Positions 43,364 through 53,994 of a stretch of DNA of 64,000 bases are shown piece after piece; positions within the stretch are counted from its first letter, which is position 1, and each line of letters begins with the position of its first letter. The notes beneath the pieces are model-generated. The model was not told where the DNA came from, made no database searches, and saw only the letters and a list, made by a program, of their open reading frames with translations. The DNA lies in assembly GCF_054482525.1 (NCBI RefSeq), contig NZ_CM137006.1. One strand, written 5' to 3'. The position numbers and the translations under genes were made by a program.

Positions 43364-44116
43364 TCATTTAGGAATAATAGAATGCAATTCGTGACTCACC
43401 TGGATTTCATAGTGTTTCAATAGTTCTCCGATGTTAATTCCTACTACCTTACGAACTGCGCCGAGGGAGAAGTTAAGCTCCTCAATGCCCGGCCGATCTG
43501 GCGTTGAATTCATATAGTGTCGGCACGCACGGACAATTGACTCGACGATCAACGATAGCGGAGACTCAGGTGCAATCTCGGAGCGAATCGCCGTAAGAGA
43601 GAGTCGGAGCTCCTTCAAAGAATCCGAGACTCGTGCTGGATCCTCTTGAGCATATGGCAGATAAAGAGAACTCTTGTCTTCCAATAAATGGATCACCCGC
43701 AGAGCAATTTTCTCGTCTGGGCGATGCGATAGAAATTGAAACATTAGCCTCTTTCCTCCCTCCAAGCACTCCTTCATTAGTGATTCGTGGTCACGTTTCC
43801 ATTTTCGCAAATACTCGGCGGGGTAGCCCATACCGCCATTCTTATCAACTAAATCAGCACAAGCTCCGCACAACCATATAGCATTTTTTATGCTCTTCCG
43901 CTCTGTTTCTGACTGAGACATGTCATAGCGCGGTCCGCCAGGGCTCGCCGCGCAGATATGCGCCGCCTCACCCGTCTTGATAGAAAGATTTTCCGCCAAT
44001 TGATCCGGGCCGATTGTTACCCTATGACAAGAGGGATTGCTACAAATATATGTAGCGCGCTCTGCTACCTTACCTACAACGCTTGGAGGAAAGTTGTGCC
44101 TATTTGTCTTGGTCAT
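43364..44116 (-). CDS. Hypothetical protein with N-terminal HNH-nuclease-like motif (250 aa)
   Basis: CSNPSCH ... EAAHICAASPGGPRY ... NAIWLCGACADLVD resembles the Cys-pair/His/Asn arrangement of HNH endonucleases; C-terminal domain unrecognised. Confidence 0.55.
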   Translation of the reverse strand: MTKTNRHNFPPSVVGKVAERATYICSNPSCHRVTIGPDQLAENLSIKTGEAAHICAASPGGPRYDMSQSETERKSIKNAIWLCGACADLVDKNGGMGYPAEYLRKWKRDHESLMKECLEGGKRLMFQFLSHRPDEKIALRVIHLLEDKSSLYLPYAQEDPARVSDSLKELRLSLTAIRSEIAPESPLSLIVESIVRACRHYMNSTPDRPGIEELNFSLGAVRKVVGINIGELLKHYEIQVSHELHSIIPK

Positions 44117-45089
44117 AAAAGTTATGCTTCTTTGTTTTTTTCATCTATGTGGGGAGAATAAAATCATACTTTTTATATCTGATCCTAGGTCTGACCAGCA
44201 ACCTATTGATCAAAAAACCAAGATATTAGCTAAAAAAAATCAGCATACTTGAGACCAAGCTCAATGTCCGCTCCTCGCTCAAAGCAGACCATTCGCTCAG
44301 TTAACGCATCAGTGTCGTGCTAAAAGTAGACGTGGTTAACAACAATGTGAGTTAATCAACGGAGAGCAGGTCAACTCTAACCTGTATCAAAAAAACAAAT
44401 GTGTCACAAAGATGCCGCATGCCTTAATTTGAGTATAATTGAGACGGAAGTAGACGGTTTATGGCTAAATATTGTTGATATATAGCTATTTGAAGAGTTG
44501 TAGCGCAAGTGTATAGCCCAAACTAATAACGCTACGCCCCTTACCTTTGACGCCTCTTATCAAAGAGCGGCGATGATGCACAGCCCGCACGAGGCAATAT
44601 TCGCACAAGAATCAGGTTCAGAAATAACCTGATCTGGCATGGTGGGGAGAGTATCACTGAGCAGGCTTTCGGTAAAATGCGGCGGGATGAGGTCGGCGTG
44701 GGTTGCAGCAGTACAATGTCGCCCGCAGAGGGTAAGCCACAGCGCGGGATCCTCGGTTTCTATCAGGGATTCGACGAAGTGGGCGCAGTTGTCGACCAAG
44801 GCGGTGAAATCCATAGTGACATTATAAGGAAACGAACAATAGATCGAGTAAATCGCAGTCAGGGACAAGGATTGTAGTCATAGAGAAGTCTCCTGTAACG
44901 GTTTTCAGGAAGCTAATCCCGACGCCTGATTTTGCAGGCGCGGAAGGAGAAGATACTGCGGCCATTAATCCGCCACAAGGCATTTACGTGCATAAATCGC
45001 GCAGTCAAATCCGACTCCCACTGTAGTTCTTGAACCTGATACCACATTTAGCTAATTTAGCTAACTTATCTATTATACCAGTGGTTGCC

Positions 45090-45335
45090 ATGAATATGAA
45101 TGAAGACGAGATTTATCGCCATATCCGGCAGGCACTTTCCAGTGCGCCTCGTAACCAGTACACCGTCGAGCTGCACCTGCAAATGATTAAATATGCCGAC
45201 AAACTGGAACACATTACGGCAAAAGCCTTTTGCGAAGGCACTGGTCTGAACCAGAGCCTCGGTACCGAATTCAGCAAAATGCGTAACTTAACCCATCGGT
45301 TAAAGGCCGCCGGTCTGAATACCGATCTGCTGTAA
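45090..45335 (+). CDS. Small hypothetical protein immediately upstream of hsdM (about 81 aa; start uncertain)
   Basis: ORF 45030-45335 ending 40 bp before hsdM; MNMNEDEIYRHIRQALSSAPRNQYTVELHLQMIKYADKLEHITAKAF... Confidence 0.35.
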   Translation: MNMNEDEIYRHIRQALSSAPRNQYTVELHLQMIKYADKLEHITAKAFCEGTGLNQSLGTEFSKMRNLTHRLKAAGLNTDLL

Positions 45336-45374
45336 CCGACTTACGGCACATTATCGCGCAAAACGAGATATTTA

Positions 45375-47813
45375 ATGGCTATCAAAAAAACCGAACTCTA
45401 TTCTTCCCTGTGGGCAAGCTGCGACGAACTGCGTGGCGGGATGGACGCCAGCCAGTACAAAGACTATGTACTGACCCTGCTGTTTATGAAGTACGTTTCC
45501 GATAAGTATAAAGGCGATCCTTACGGGATGATCGTGATACCCAAAGGAGCCAGCTTTGACGATATGGTTGCGCTGAAAAATGACAAAGAGATCGGCGACA
45601 AAATCAACAAAATCATCCACAAGCTGGCGGAAGAGAACGGCCTGAAGGGCGTCATCGACGAAGCCGACTTTAACGACGAAGATAAGCTCGGCAAAGGCAA
45701 GGAAATGATTGACCGCCTGAGCAAGCTTGTCGGTATCTTTGAAGGGTTAAATCTCTCCAGCAACCGGGCCGAAGGCGACGATCTGCTGGGCGATGCCTAT
45801 GAATATCTGATGCGTCACTTCGCAACCGAATCCGGTAAGAGTAAAGGGCAGTTTTACACTCCAGCGGAGGTGTCACGTATTCTGGCGAAGGTGATTGGTA
45901 TTACTCCCGATACTCCGCAAGATGCAACGGTTTATGACCCAACCTGTGGCTCTGGTTCGCTGCTGTTGAAAGTGAATGATGAAGCCCGGCGCGGACTGTC
46001 GATTTTCGGCCAGGAGATGGATAACGCTACCAGTGCGCTGGCGCGGATGAACATGATTCTGCATAACAATGCCACCGCGAAAATCTGGCAGGGCAATACG
46101 CTGAGCGATCCGCAGTGGAAAGAGGCGAACGGCAAACTGAAAGCCTTCGATTTTGCCGTGGCGAACCCGCCTTTTTCCAATAAAAACTGGACCAACGGGC
46201 TGACGCCGAAAAAAGATCCGTTTGAACGCTTCGGCTGGGGTATTCCGCCGGAAAAAAACGGCGATTATGCTTTTTTGTTGCATATCATTAAAAGCCTGAA
46301 AAGTACCGGCAAAGGCGCGGTGATCCTGCCCCACGGCGTACTGTTTCGCGGTAACGCCGAAGCGAATATCCGTGAAAATCTAATCAAGCAGGGCTATATC
46401 AAAGGCGTTATTGGTTTGCCAGCCAACCTGTTTTACGGCACCGGCATCCCGGCGTGCATCATTGTGATTGATAAAGAGCACGCCCACAGCCGCAAAGGCA
46501 TTTTTATGATCGACGCCAGCCGGGGCTTTATCAAAGATGGCAACAAGAACCGCCTGCGTAGCCGAGATATTCACCGCATTGTGGACGTGTTCAACCATCA
46601 GCGAACGGTACCTGGCTACAGCCGGATGGTGCCCTCCAGCGAGATCGCCGGAAATGATTACAACCTGAATATTCCTCGCTATATCGAGAGCGGCGAGCCG
46701 GAAGATTTACACGATCTGACCGCGCACTTACAGGGCGGTATTCCGGCACGCGATGTGGATGCTTTGCAAGATTACTGGCGGGTATTCCCTGCCCTGCGCA
46801 ACGTGCTGTTTGCTGACGACCGTCCCGGTTACTGTCGGGCGCAGGTGAACGCGCAACAGGTGAAACCGACCATTCTGGCGCATCAGGAGTTTAAGGATTT
46901 TGCCACCCGCAGCCTGCTACCGTTTAAAGCGTGGGTGAAAGAGGCAAGTCTGGAAGAGATTCGCAAAGGTGATAAACCCAAAGCGCTAATCCACGATATC
47001 AGCGAAATGCTATTGGCGCAGTACGCCAACAGTGAGTTGCTGAACAAATACAGCGTGTACCAGATCCTGATGGATTACTGGACTGATGTCATGCAAGACG
47101 ATGTGTATGCGATTATGCAGGATGGCTGGCAAGCCGCCGCGCAAATCCGCGAGCTTCAGCCGGTGAAAGGCAAAGATGGCAAAAACATCTGGAAAGAAAC
47201 GCACGATTTCGAGTTTACCAAACGGCGCTACAAGGCCGATGTGCTGCCCCGTTCGCTGGTGGAAATTCGCTGTTTCCCGGAACTGCTGGATGCGCTGAAC
47301 CGCGCGCAGGAGCGCAGTGAAGAAGCCAGTCGTCAGCTAGTGGAATTCATCGAGGAGCAGGCAGGTGAAGAGGATCTGCTGGCCGAGGCGAAGAACGATA
47401 AAGATAAGGTGACGCAAAAGCTGGTGAATGCCCGTCTAGCACAGTTAAAGAAAACCACTGCCGGCCCAGATGAGCTGGCAGTGCTGAACCGCTGCCTGGC
47501 GCTAATTAAGGCCGAAGCCAGTGCGAAAAAAGCGCTGAAAGCCGCACAAGAAGCGCTGGATCGGGCGGTGTTTAAACATTATCCCACGCTGGATGAAGCA
47601 GCGATTAAAACGCTGGTAGTGCAGGATAAGTGGCTGGCAACGTTGCAGGCAGGGATCAAGGCGGAGATTGAGCGTATTACCCAGCAACTGGCGTCGCGCG
47701 TAAAGGAGCTGGAAGAGCGTTATGCTGAACCGTTGCTAGCGCTTGAAGCCTCCGTTGAGGCGTTGAGCGAGAAAGTGGCCGAGCATTTGCGGGCGATGGG
47801 GCTGGAGTGGTGA
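45375..47813 (+). CDS. hsdM: Type I restriction-modification methyltransferase subunit HsdM, unusually long (812 aa) with a C-terminal coiled-coil-like extension
   Basis: AdoMet motif DPTCGSGSLL and catalytic NPPF (VANPPFSNKNW) in the first ~470 aa; last ~300 aa are Ala/Glu/Lys-rich helical. Confidence 0.88.
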   Translation: MAIKKTELYSSLWASCDELRGGMDASQYKDYVLTLLFMKYVSDKYKGDPYGMIVIPKGASFDDMVALKNDKEIGDKINKIIHKLAEENGLKGVIDEADFNDEDKLGKGKEMIDRLSKLVGIFEGLNLSSNRAEGDDLLGDAYEYLMRHFATESGKSKGQFYTPAEVSRILAKVIGITPDTPQDATVYDPTCGSGSLLLKVNDEARRGLSIFGQEMDNATSALARMNMILHNNATAKIWQGNTLSDPQWKEANGKLKAFDFAVANPPFSNKNWTNGLTPKKDPFERFGWGIPPEKNGDYAFLLHIIKSLKSTGKGAVILPHGVLFRGNAEANIRENLIKQGYIKGVIGLPANLFYGTGIPACIIVIDKEHAHSRKGIFMIDASRGFIKDGNKNRLRSRDIHRIVDVFNHQRTVPGYSRMVPSSEIAGNDYNLNIPRYIESGEPEDLHDLTAHLQGGIPARDVDALQDYWRVFPALRNVLFADDRPGYCRAQVNAQQVKPTILAHQEFKDFATRSLLPFKAWVKEASLEEIRKGDKPKALIHDISEMLLAQYANSELLNKYSVYQILMDYWTDVMQDDVYAIMQDGWQAAAQIRELQPVKGKDGKNIWKETHDFEFTKRRYKADVLPRSLVEIRCFPELLDALNRAQERSEEASRQLVEFIEEQAGEEDLLAEAKNDKDKVTQKLVNARLAQLKKTTAGPDELAVLNRCLALIKAEASAKKALKAAQEALDRAVFKHYPTLDEAAIKTLVVQDKWLATLQAGIKAEIERITQQLASRVKELEERYAEPLLALEASVEALSEKVAEHLRAMGLEW

Positions 47814-49147
47814 TGGTGGATTTAATGGTGAATGAGCAACGGTCGAGTACGGCGGGGAAAGATGTGCCTGCGGGGTATAAACTGACTGAGGTGGGCGTGA
47901 TTCCTGAGGATTGGGATTGCGTACCATTTGGTAATCTGTTTAAAACAAACACAAAGAAAAAAAAAGTCAGCGATTATGAGCTAGTTTCATTTATTGGGAT
48001 GCAAGATGTTAGTGAAGATGCACAATTAAAAAATAATACTCAACTTCCTTTTAAAGAAGTTAAAAGTGGTTTTACTTACTTTGAAAAAGGGGATGTTTTA
48101 TTAGCTAAAATAACCCCTTGTTTTGAAAATGGAAAAGGATGTCATACCGCTGATTTACCTACTAATGTAGGTTTTGGGAGTACGGAATTTCATGTATTAA
48201 GGGAAAATGAAGACTCCGATTCTCGCTTCATCTATTTTTGGACAACTGATAAAAAATTCAGAGCATCACTGGAATCTGAAATGGTGGGAAGTGCGGGACA
48301 CCGTCGTGTGCCGCTAGTTGCTATAGAAAAATATTTGATTCCATGTCCCCCAAATTTGCAAGAGCAAAGTGCTATTGCTGATTCATTATCTGATATTAAT
48401 AATTTTATTCTAGCTCTAGAAAAGCTTATCGTTAAAAAACAAGCCATTAAAACCGCTACTATGCAGCGACTACTGACTGGTAAAACCCGTTTGCCACAGT
48501 TTGCGTTGCGCAAAGATGGCTCTGCTAAGGGATATAAAAAGAGCGAGTTGGGGGAGATTCCTGAAGATTGGAATTGTATTAATCTTGGTGAGCTAGGTAA
48601 TTGCATTATTGGGTTAACTTACAAACCTGAAGATACATCTGATTATGGTACATTGGTATTACGCTCATCCAACATTCAAAATAATCACTTAGCTTATGAT
48701 GATAACGTCTTCGTCAGCATAGAACCACCTGAGCGCACAATTGTGAAAGAAGGTGATATCTTGGTATGTGTAAGAAATGGCAGTCGCCAACTTATTGGCA
48801 AATGCGCATTAATTGACAAAAATGCGCAGGGCTCAGCATTCGGTGCATTTATGTCAGTATTCCGAACTGATATATATGGATTTACATTTCACCAATTCCA
48901 GTCTGATATTATTCAAAAGCAAATCGCTGAAGTTATGGGTGCCACTATCAATCAGATAACTAACAAAGATATGTTGGGCTTTAAAATCCCATTACCTGAA
49001 AATACAGAAGAACAAGCCGCCATCGCCGCCATCCTCTCCGATATGGACAAGGAAATCCAGATCCTGCAACAGCGTCTGGACAAAACCCGCCAGCTTAAGC
49101 AAGGGATGATGCAGGAACTGTTAACCGGGAAAATCCGCTTAATATAG
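47813..49147 (+). CDS. hsdS: Type I restriction-modification specificity subunit HsdS (two AT-rich target-recognition domains)
   Basis: Conserved central and C-terminal repeats (…LLTGKTRLPQF… and …QELLTGKIRLI) flanking two variable AT-rich domains; ATG overlaps the hsdM stop (ATGA). Confidence 0.85.
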   Translation: MVDLMVNEQRSSTAGKDVPAGYKLTEVGVIPEDWDCVPFGNLFKTNTKKKKVSDYELVSFIGMQDVSEDAQLKNNTQLPFKEVKSGFTYFEKGDVLLAKITPCFENGKGCHTADLPTNVGFGSTEFHVLRENEDSDSRFIYFWTTDKKFRASLESEMVGSAGHRRVPLVAIEKYLIPCPPNLQEQSAIADSLSDINNFILALEKLIVKKQAIKTATMQRLLTGKTRLPQFALRKDGSAKGYKKSELGEIPEDWNCINLGELGNCIIGLTYKPEDTSDYGTLVLRSSNIQNNHLAYDDNVFVSIEPPERTIVKEGDILVCVRNGSRQLIGKCALIDKNAQGSAFGAFMSVFRTDIYGFTFHQFQSDIIQKQIAEVMGATINQITNKDMLGFKIPLPENTEEQAAIAAILSDMDKEIQILQQRLDKTRQLKQGMMQELLTGKIRLI

Positions 49148-49159
49148 AAGGGAAAGCAC

Positions 49160-49816
49160 ATGGCTTATGATTACAGCGCCAGCCTCAACCCGCAAAAAGC
49201 TCTGATCTGGCGTATCGTCCATCGGGACAATATCCCGTGGATTCTGGATAACGGGCTGCACTGCGGCAACAGTCTGGTGCAGGCGGAAAACTGGATCAAT
49301 ATCGGCAACCCGGAGCTGATCGGCAAGCGTGCCGGGCATCCGGTACCTGTCGGAACGGGCGGGACACTGCATGACTATGTGCCGTTTTATTTTACCCCCT
49401 TCTCGCCAATGCTGATGAACATCCACAGCGGGCGCGGCGGCATTAAGCAACGCCCCAATGAGGAGATCGTTATTCTGGTCAGCAACTTGCGAAACGTGGC
49501 AGCACACGACGTACCCTTCGTGTTTACCGACAGCCATGCTTACTATAACTGGACCAACTACTACACCAGTCTGGATAGTCTGGACCAGATCGACTGGCCC
49601 ATTTTGCAGGCACGGGACTTTCGCCGCGATCCAGACGATCCGGCTAAATTTGAACGCTATCAGGCAGAGGCGCTAATCTGGCAACACTGCCCGATCTCTC
49701 TGCTGGATGGGATAATTTGTTACAGCGAAGAGGTCAGGTTACAATTAGAACAATGGCTGTTTCAGCGTAATCTAACAATGTCCGTTCACACACGGGCTGG
49801 ATGGTACTTCTCATGA
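49160..49816 (+). CDS. darT: DarT-like DNA ADP-ribosyltransferase toxin (DUF4433, 218 aa)
   Basis: [38 protein letters not shown]... matches E. coli DarT as I recall it; followed by a macrodomain gene with overlapping stop/start. Confidence 0.8.
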
Positions 49817-50880
49817 TCACATATACACAAGGCAATTTACTGGACGCACCGGTGGAAGCTCTGGTGAATACGGTTAATACCGTCGGTGTCATGGGGAAAG
49901 GCATCGCGTTGATGTTTAAAGAGCGCTTCCCCGAAAATATGAAAGTCTATGCCCTCGCCTGCAAACAAAAGCAGGTGATCACCGGCAAAATGTTCATTAC
50001 CGAAACCGGGGAACTGATGGGACCGCGCTGGATTGTTAATTTTCCGACCAAACAGCACTGGCGCGCTGATTCCCGCATGGAGTGGATTGAAGATGGCTTG
50101 CAGGACTTACGCCGCTTTTTGATTGAAGAGAACGTGCAGTCCATCGCCATTCCACCACTGGGCGCAGGCAACGGTGGTTTGAACTGGCCGGACGTTCGGG
50201 CGCAGATTGAATCTGCCCTTGGCGACCTTCAGGACGTTGATATCCTGATTTACCAACCGACTGAAAAATACCAGAACGTTGCCAAAAGCACTGGCGTAAA
50301 AAAGCTCACTCCCGCCAGAGCCGCCATCGCTGAACTGGTGCGTCGCTACTGGGTATTGGGGATGGAGTGCAGCCTACTGGAAATCCAGAAACTGGCCTGG
50401 CTGTTACAACGCGCCATTGAGCAGCATCAACAGGACGATATCCTCAAACTGCGGTTTGAAGCTCACTATTATGGCCCCTATGCGCCCAATCTGAACCATC
50501 TGCTTAATGCGCTGGACGGCACCTATCTTAAAGCCGAGAAACGCATCCCGGACAGCCAACCGCTGGATGTGATCTGGTTTAACGATCAGAAAAAAGAACA
50601 CGTTAATGCGTATCTGAACAACGAAGCCAGAGAGTGGCTACCTGCGCTGGAGCAGGTCAGCCAGTTAATTGACGGCTTTGAATCGCCGTTTGGTCTGGAG
50701 TTGCTGGCAACCGTAGACTGGTTGCTGAGCCGTGGCGAATGTCAACCAACGCTGGATTCCGTTAAGGAAGGGCTGCACCAGTGGCCTGCGGGCGAACGCT
50801 GGGCCAGCCGTAAGTTGAGGCTGTTTGATAATAATAATCTGCAATTTGCCATTAACCGCGTAATGGAGTTCCATTGCTGA
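49813..50880 (+). CDS. darG: DarG-like macrodomain antitoxin (about 355 aa; alternative start at 49801)
   Basis: N-terminal macrodomain [39 protein letters not shown]; ATG overlaps the darT stop (ATGA). Confidence 0.8.
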
Positions 50881-50898
50881 GGGTTTAAGGAGCGCCTT

Positions 50899-53800
50899 TT
50901 GAGTACCGTGGGCCAGCGCGAACGCGCCACACAGCAGCGTCTGATTCAGTTTTTTGTTGAAGATTTAGGTTACCGCCATCTGAGTCACCGCACCGGGTAC
51001 ACCGGGAACAGCAACATCGACACTAATATACTGAGCGCGTGGCTAAAACGGCGCGGCGTTAATGATACGTTGATCACCCGGGCGTTGCGGCAACTGGATT
51101 CCGCCGCCGCTCTGGGCGAAGGCAAAAAACTCTATTACGCCAATAAAGAGGTCTATCGCCTGCTGCGTTACGGCGTGAAAGACAAAGAAGGCGCAGGCGA
51201 GCAGAACCAAACCGTGTGGCTGATTGACTGGGCCAACCCACAAGCCAATGATTTCGCCATCGCCGATGAGGTGACGGTCAAAGGCGAGTACTGCAAGCGC
51301 CCGGATCTGGTGCTGTACGTTAACGGCATTGCGCTGGGCGTGATTGAACTTAAGCGTTCGTCAGTGCACGTCAGCGAAGGCATCCGGCAGAATCTCGATA
51401 ATCAAAAGAAAACCTTTATCCGCGATTTCTTCACCACTATGCAGTTAGTGATGGCGGGCAACGATACGCAGGGCCTGCGCTACGGCACCATCGAAACCCC
51501 GGAAAAATACTATCTGGAGTGGAAAGAAGATAATCCAGGCGACTATACACATAAACTCGACTTTCATTTAAGTCGTCTGTGTAGCAAATCCAGGCTGTTG
51601 GATATCGTCCATAATTACATTGCCTTTGATGTCGGGGTGAAAAAACTCTGCCGCCATAATCAGTTCTTCGGCGTCGAGGCGGCTAAACAACATATTGCCC
51701 GTCGTGAAGGCGGTATTATCTGGCACACACAGGGATCGGGTAAAAGCCTGACGATGGTCTGGCTGGCGAAGTGGATCCGTGAAAATGTGCCAAACTCCCG
51801 CGTGTTGATTGTGACTGACCGCACCGAACTGGATGAACAGATCGAAAGCGTGTTTATGGGCGTGAATGAAGATATTTATCGCACCTCCAGCGGCAACGAT
51901 CTTATCGCAACGCTCAATCATCCTAACCCGTGGCTCATTTGCTCGCTGGTGCATAAATTTGGTCGTCGCAGCGAAGCTGAAGACAATGCGGCTACCGACG
52001 CCTTTATCACCGAATTACAGCAGTCCCTGACGAAAACATTCCGCGCCAAAGGCGATCTGTTTGTTTTTGTGGACGAGTGCCACCGCACACAATCCGGCAA
52101 GCTGCATAACGCCATGACTGCCATTCTGCCGGACGCCCTGTTTATCGGTTTTACCGGCACACCGCTGATGAAGAAAGATAAGAAGAAGTCGGTTGAGGTG
52201 TTCGGCCCTTATATCCATACCTATAAATTTGATGAAGCGGTGGCCGACGGTGTGGTGCTGGATCTGCGCTACGAGGCACGCGATATTGACCAGTATCTGA
52301 CATCAGAGAAAAAGGTCGATGACTGGTTTGAAGCCAAGACTCGCGGTTTGTCGAATTTAGCCAGGACCCAGCTTAAGCAAAAGTGGGGATCAATGCAGAA
52401 GCTGCTCTCCAGCAAGTCGCGGCTGGAGCAGATCGTTAACGACATTTTGCTGGATATGGATACCCGTCCACGCCTGATGGACGGGCGCGGCAACGCCATG
52501 CTGGTATGCAGCAGTATCTATCAAGCCTGCAAGGTTTACGAGATGTTCAGCCAGACCGAGCTGGCAGGAAAAGTAGCGATTGTGACCAGCTATCGCCCCG
52601 ATGCCGCCAGCATCAAAGGCGAAGAAACGGGCGAAGGGTTAACGGAGAAACTCTCTAAACACGCCACCTATCGTAAAATGTTGGCTGACTATTTTGAACA
52701 AAGTGAAGAGAAGGCCGCCGCACGCATTACCGAGTTCGAGCGGGAAATGAAACAGCGTTTTATTGAAGAGCCGGGGCAAATGCGCCTGCTTATCGTGGTG
52801 GATAAGCTGCTGACTGGCTTTGACGCGCCGTCCGCCACCTATCTCTACATTGATAAAACCATGACCGACCATACGCTGTTTCAGGCGATTTGTCGGGTGA
52901 ACCGGCTGGACGGTGAGGATAAAGAGTATGGCTATATTATCGATTATAAAGATCTGTTCCGTTCGCTGGATAAAGCGATTACCGATTACACCACGGGCGC
53001 GTTTGATGATTACGATCGGGACGATGTGGCCGGGTTGCTGAAAGACAGGCTGGAGCAGGCGCAACTGGATCTCGACAGCGCGCTGGAGATGGTTCGCAGC
53101 TTATGTGAACCCGTCAAAACCCCGCGCAGCCTGCTGGACTATCAGCACTATTTTTGCGGTGAATCAGGAGAGAATCAGACTTCGTTAAACGAAAAAGAGG
53201 CGCTGCGCCTGACATTTTACCAGTGCGTCGCCCGTCTGCTACGCGCTTATGCCAGCATCGCCAATGAAATGCCGGAAGCAGGCTACACTGCCGAAGAGGT
53301 AGAGAGCATTCGCGCCGAAGTCGCTGAATTCGAAAAACTGCGCTATGAGATTAAGCTGACCAGCGGCGATCTTCTGGATATGAAGCGCTTTGAACCCGCT
53401 ATGCGTCATTTACTGGATATGTATGTTCGCGCCGATGGTAGCGAAGTGCTGATGGATTTTGAAGAGTTAAGTCTGATTGAACTGATTGTCGAGAAAGGCT
53501 TGGCGGCGACCGTCGCCCTGCCGGATGATATCCGTAATAATCAGGATGCGATGGCGGAAACCATCGAAAACAACGTGCGCAAAACCATCGTGGATGAAAA
53601 CCCGGTTAACCCAAAATACTATGGACGCATGTCGCAGCTGCTGGATGAACTGATTACCCTTCGCCGACAAAATGCGCTCAATTATCAGCAGTATCTGGAA
53701 CGTATCCGCGATTTGTGTAAACAGGTCATCCGCCCGGAGCAAACCGCCGGAGCGTGCTACCCTGCCACCATGGATACACAAGCAAAGCGCGCCTTCTATG

Positions 53801-53994
53801 ATAACTTCGGCCACGACGAGGTACTGGCGACCCGCATAGATACGACGATTCGCTATACCAAAAGGGCAGAGTGGATTGGCGATCGTTTTAAAGAACGGGA
53901 AATTGCCAACGCATTACGTGAAGAGACCGCCAGCTATAATATTGATATTGATGAGGTGATAGCGCTTGCCCGTCAGCAGAAGGAATATCACTGA
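50899..53994 (+). CDS. hsdR: Type I restriction enzyme endonuclease/helicase subunit HsdR (1031 aa, TTG start after AAGGAG)
   Basis: Helicase motif I HTQGSGKSLTMV, motif II LFVFVDECHRTQSG; size typical of HsdR. Confidence 0.88.
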   Translation: MSTVGQRERATQQRLIQFFVEDLGYRHLSHRTGYTGNSNIDTNILSAWLKRRGVNDTLITRALRQLDSAAALGEGKKLYYANKEVYRLLRYGVKDKEGAGEQNQTVWLIDWANPQANDFAIADEVTVKGEYCKRPDLVLYVNGIALGVIELKRSSVHVSEGIRQNLDNQKKTFIRDFFTTMQLVMAGNDTQGLRYGTIETPEKYYLEWKEDNPGDYTHKLDFHLSRLCSKSRLLDIVHNYIAFDVGVKKLCRHNQFFGVEAAKQHIARREGGIIWHTQGSGKSLTMVWLAKWIRENVPNSRVLIVTDRTELDEQIESVFMGVNEDIYRTSSGNDLIATLNHPNPWLICSLVHKFGRRSEAEDNAATDAFITELQQSLTKTFRAKGDLFVFVDECHRTQSGKLHNAMTAILPDALFIGFTGTPLMKKDKKKSVEVFGPYIHTYKFDEAVADGVVLDLRYEARDIDQYLTSEKKVDDWFEAKTRGLSNLARTQLKQKWGSMQKLLSSKSRLEQIVNDILLDMDTRPRLMDGRGNAMLVCSSIYQACKVYEMFSQTELAGKVAIVTSYRPDAASIKGEETGEGLTEKLSKHATYRKMLADYFEQSEEKAAARITEFEREMKQRFIEEPGQMRLLIVVDKLLTGFDAPSATYLYIDKTMTDHTLFQAICRVNRLDGEDKEYGYIIDYKDLFRSLDKAITDYTTGAFDDYDRDDVAGLLKDRLEQAQLDLDSALEMVRSLCEPVKTPRSLLDYQHYFCGESGENQTSLNEKEALRLTFYQCVARLLRAYASIANEMPEAGYTAEEVESIRAEVAEFEKLRYEIKLTSGDLLDMKRFEPAMRHLLDMYVRADGSEVLMDFEELSLIELIVEKGLAATVALPDDIRNNQDAMAETIENNVRKTIVDENPVNPKYYGRMSQLLDELITLRRQNALNYQQYLERIRDLCKQVIRPEQTAGACYPATMDTQAKRAFYDNFGHDEVLATRIDTTIRYTKRAEWIGDRFKEREIANALREETASYNIDIDEVIALARQQKEYH

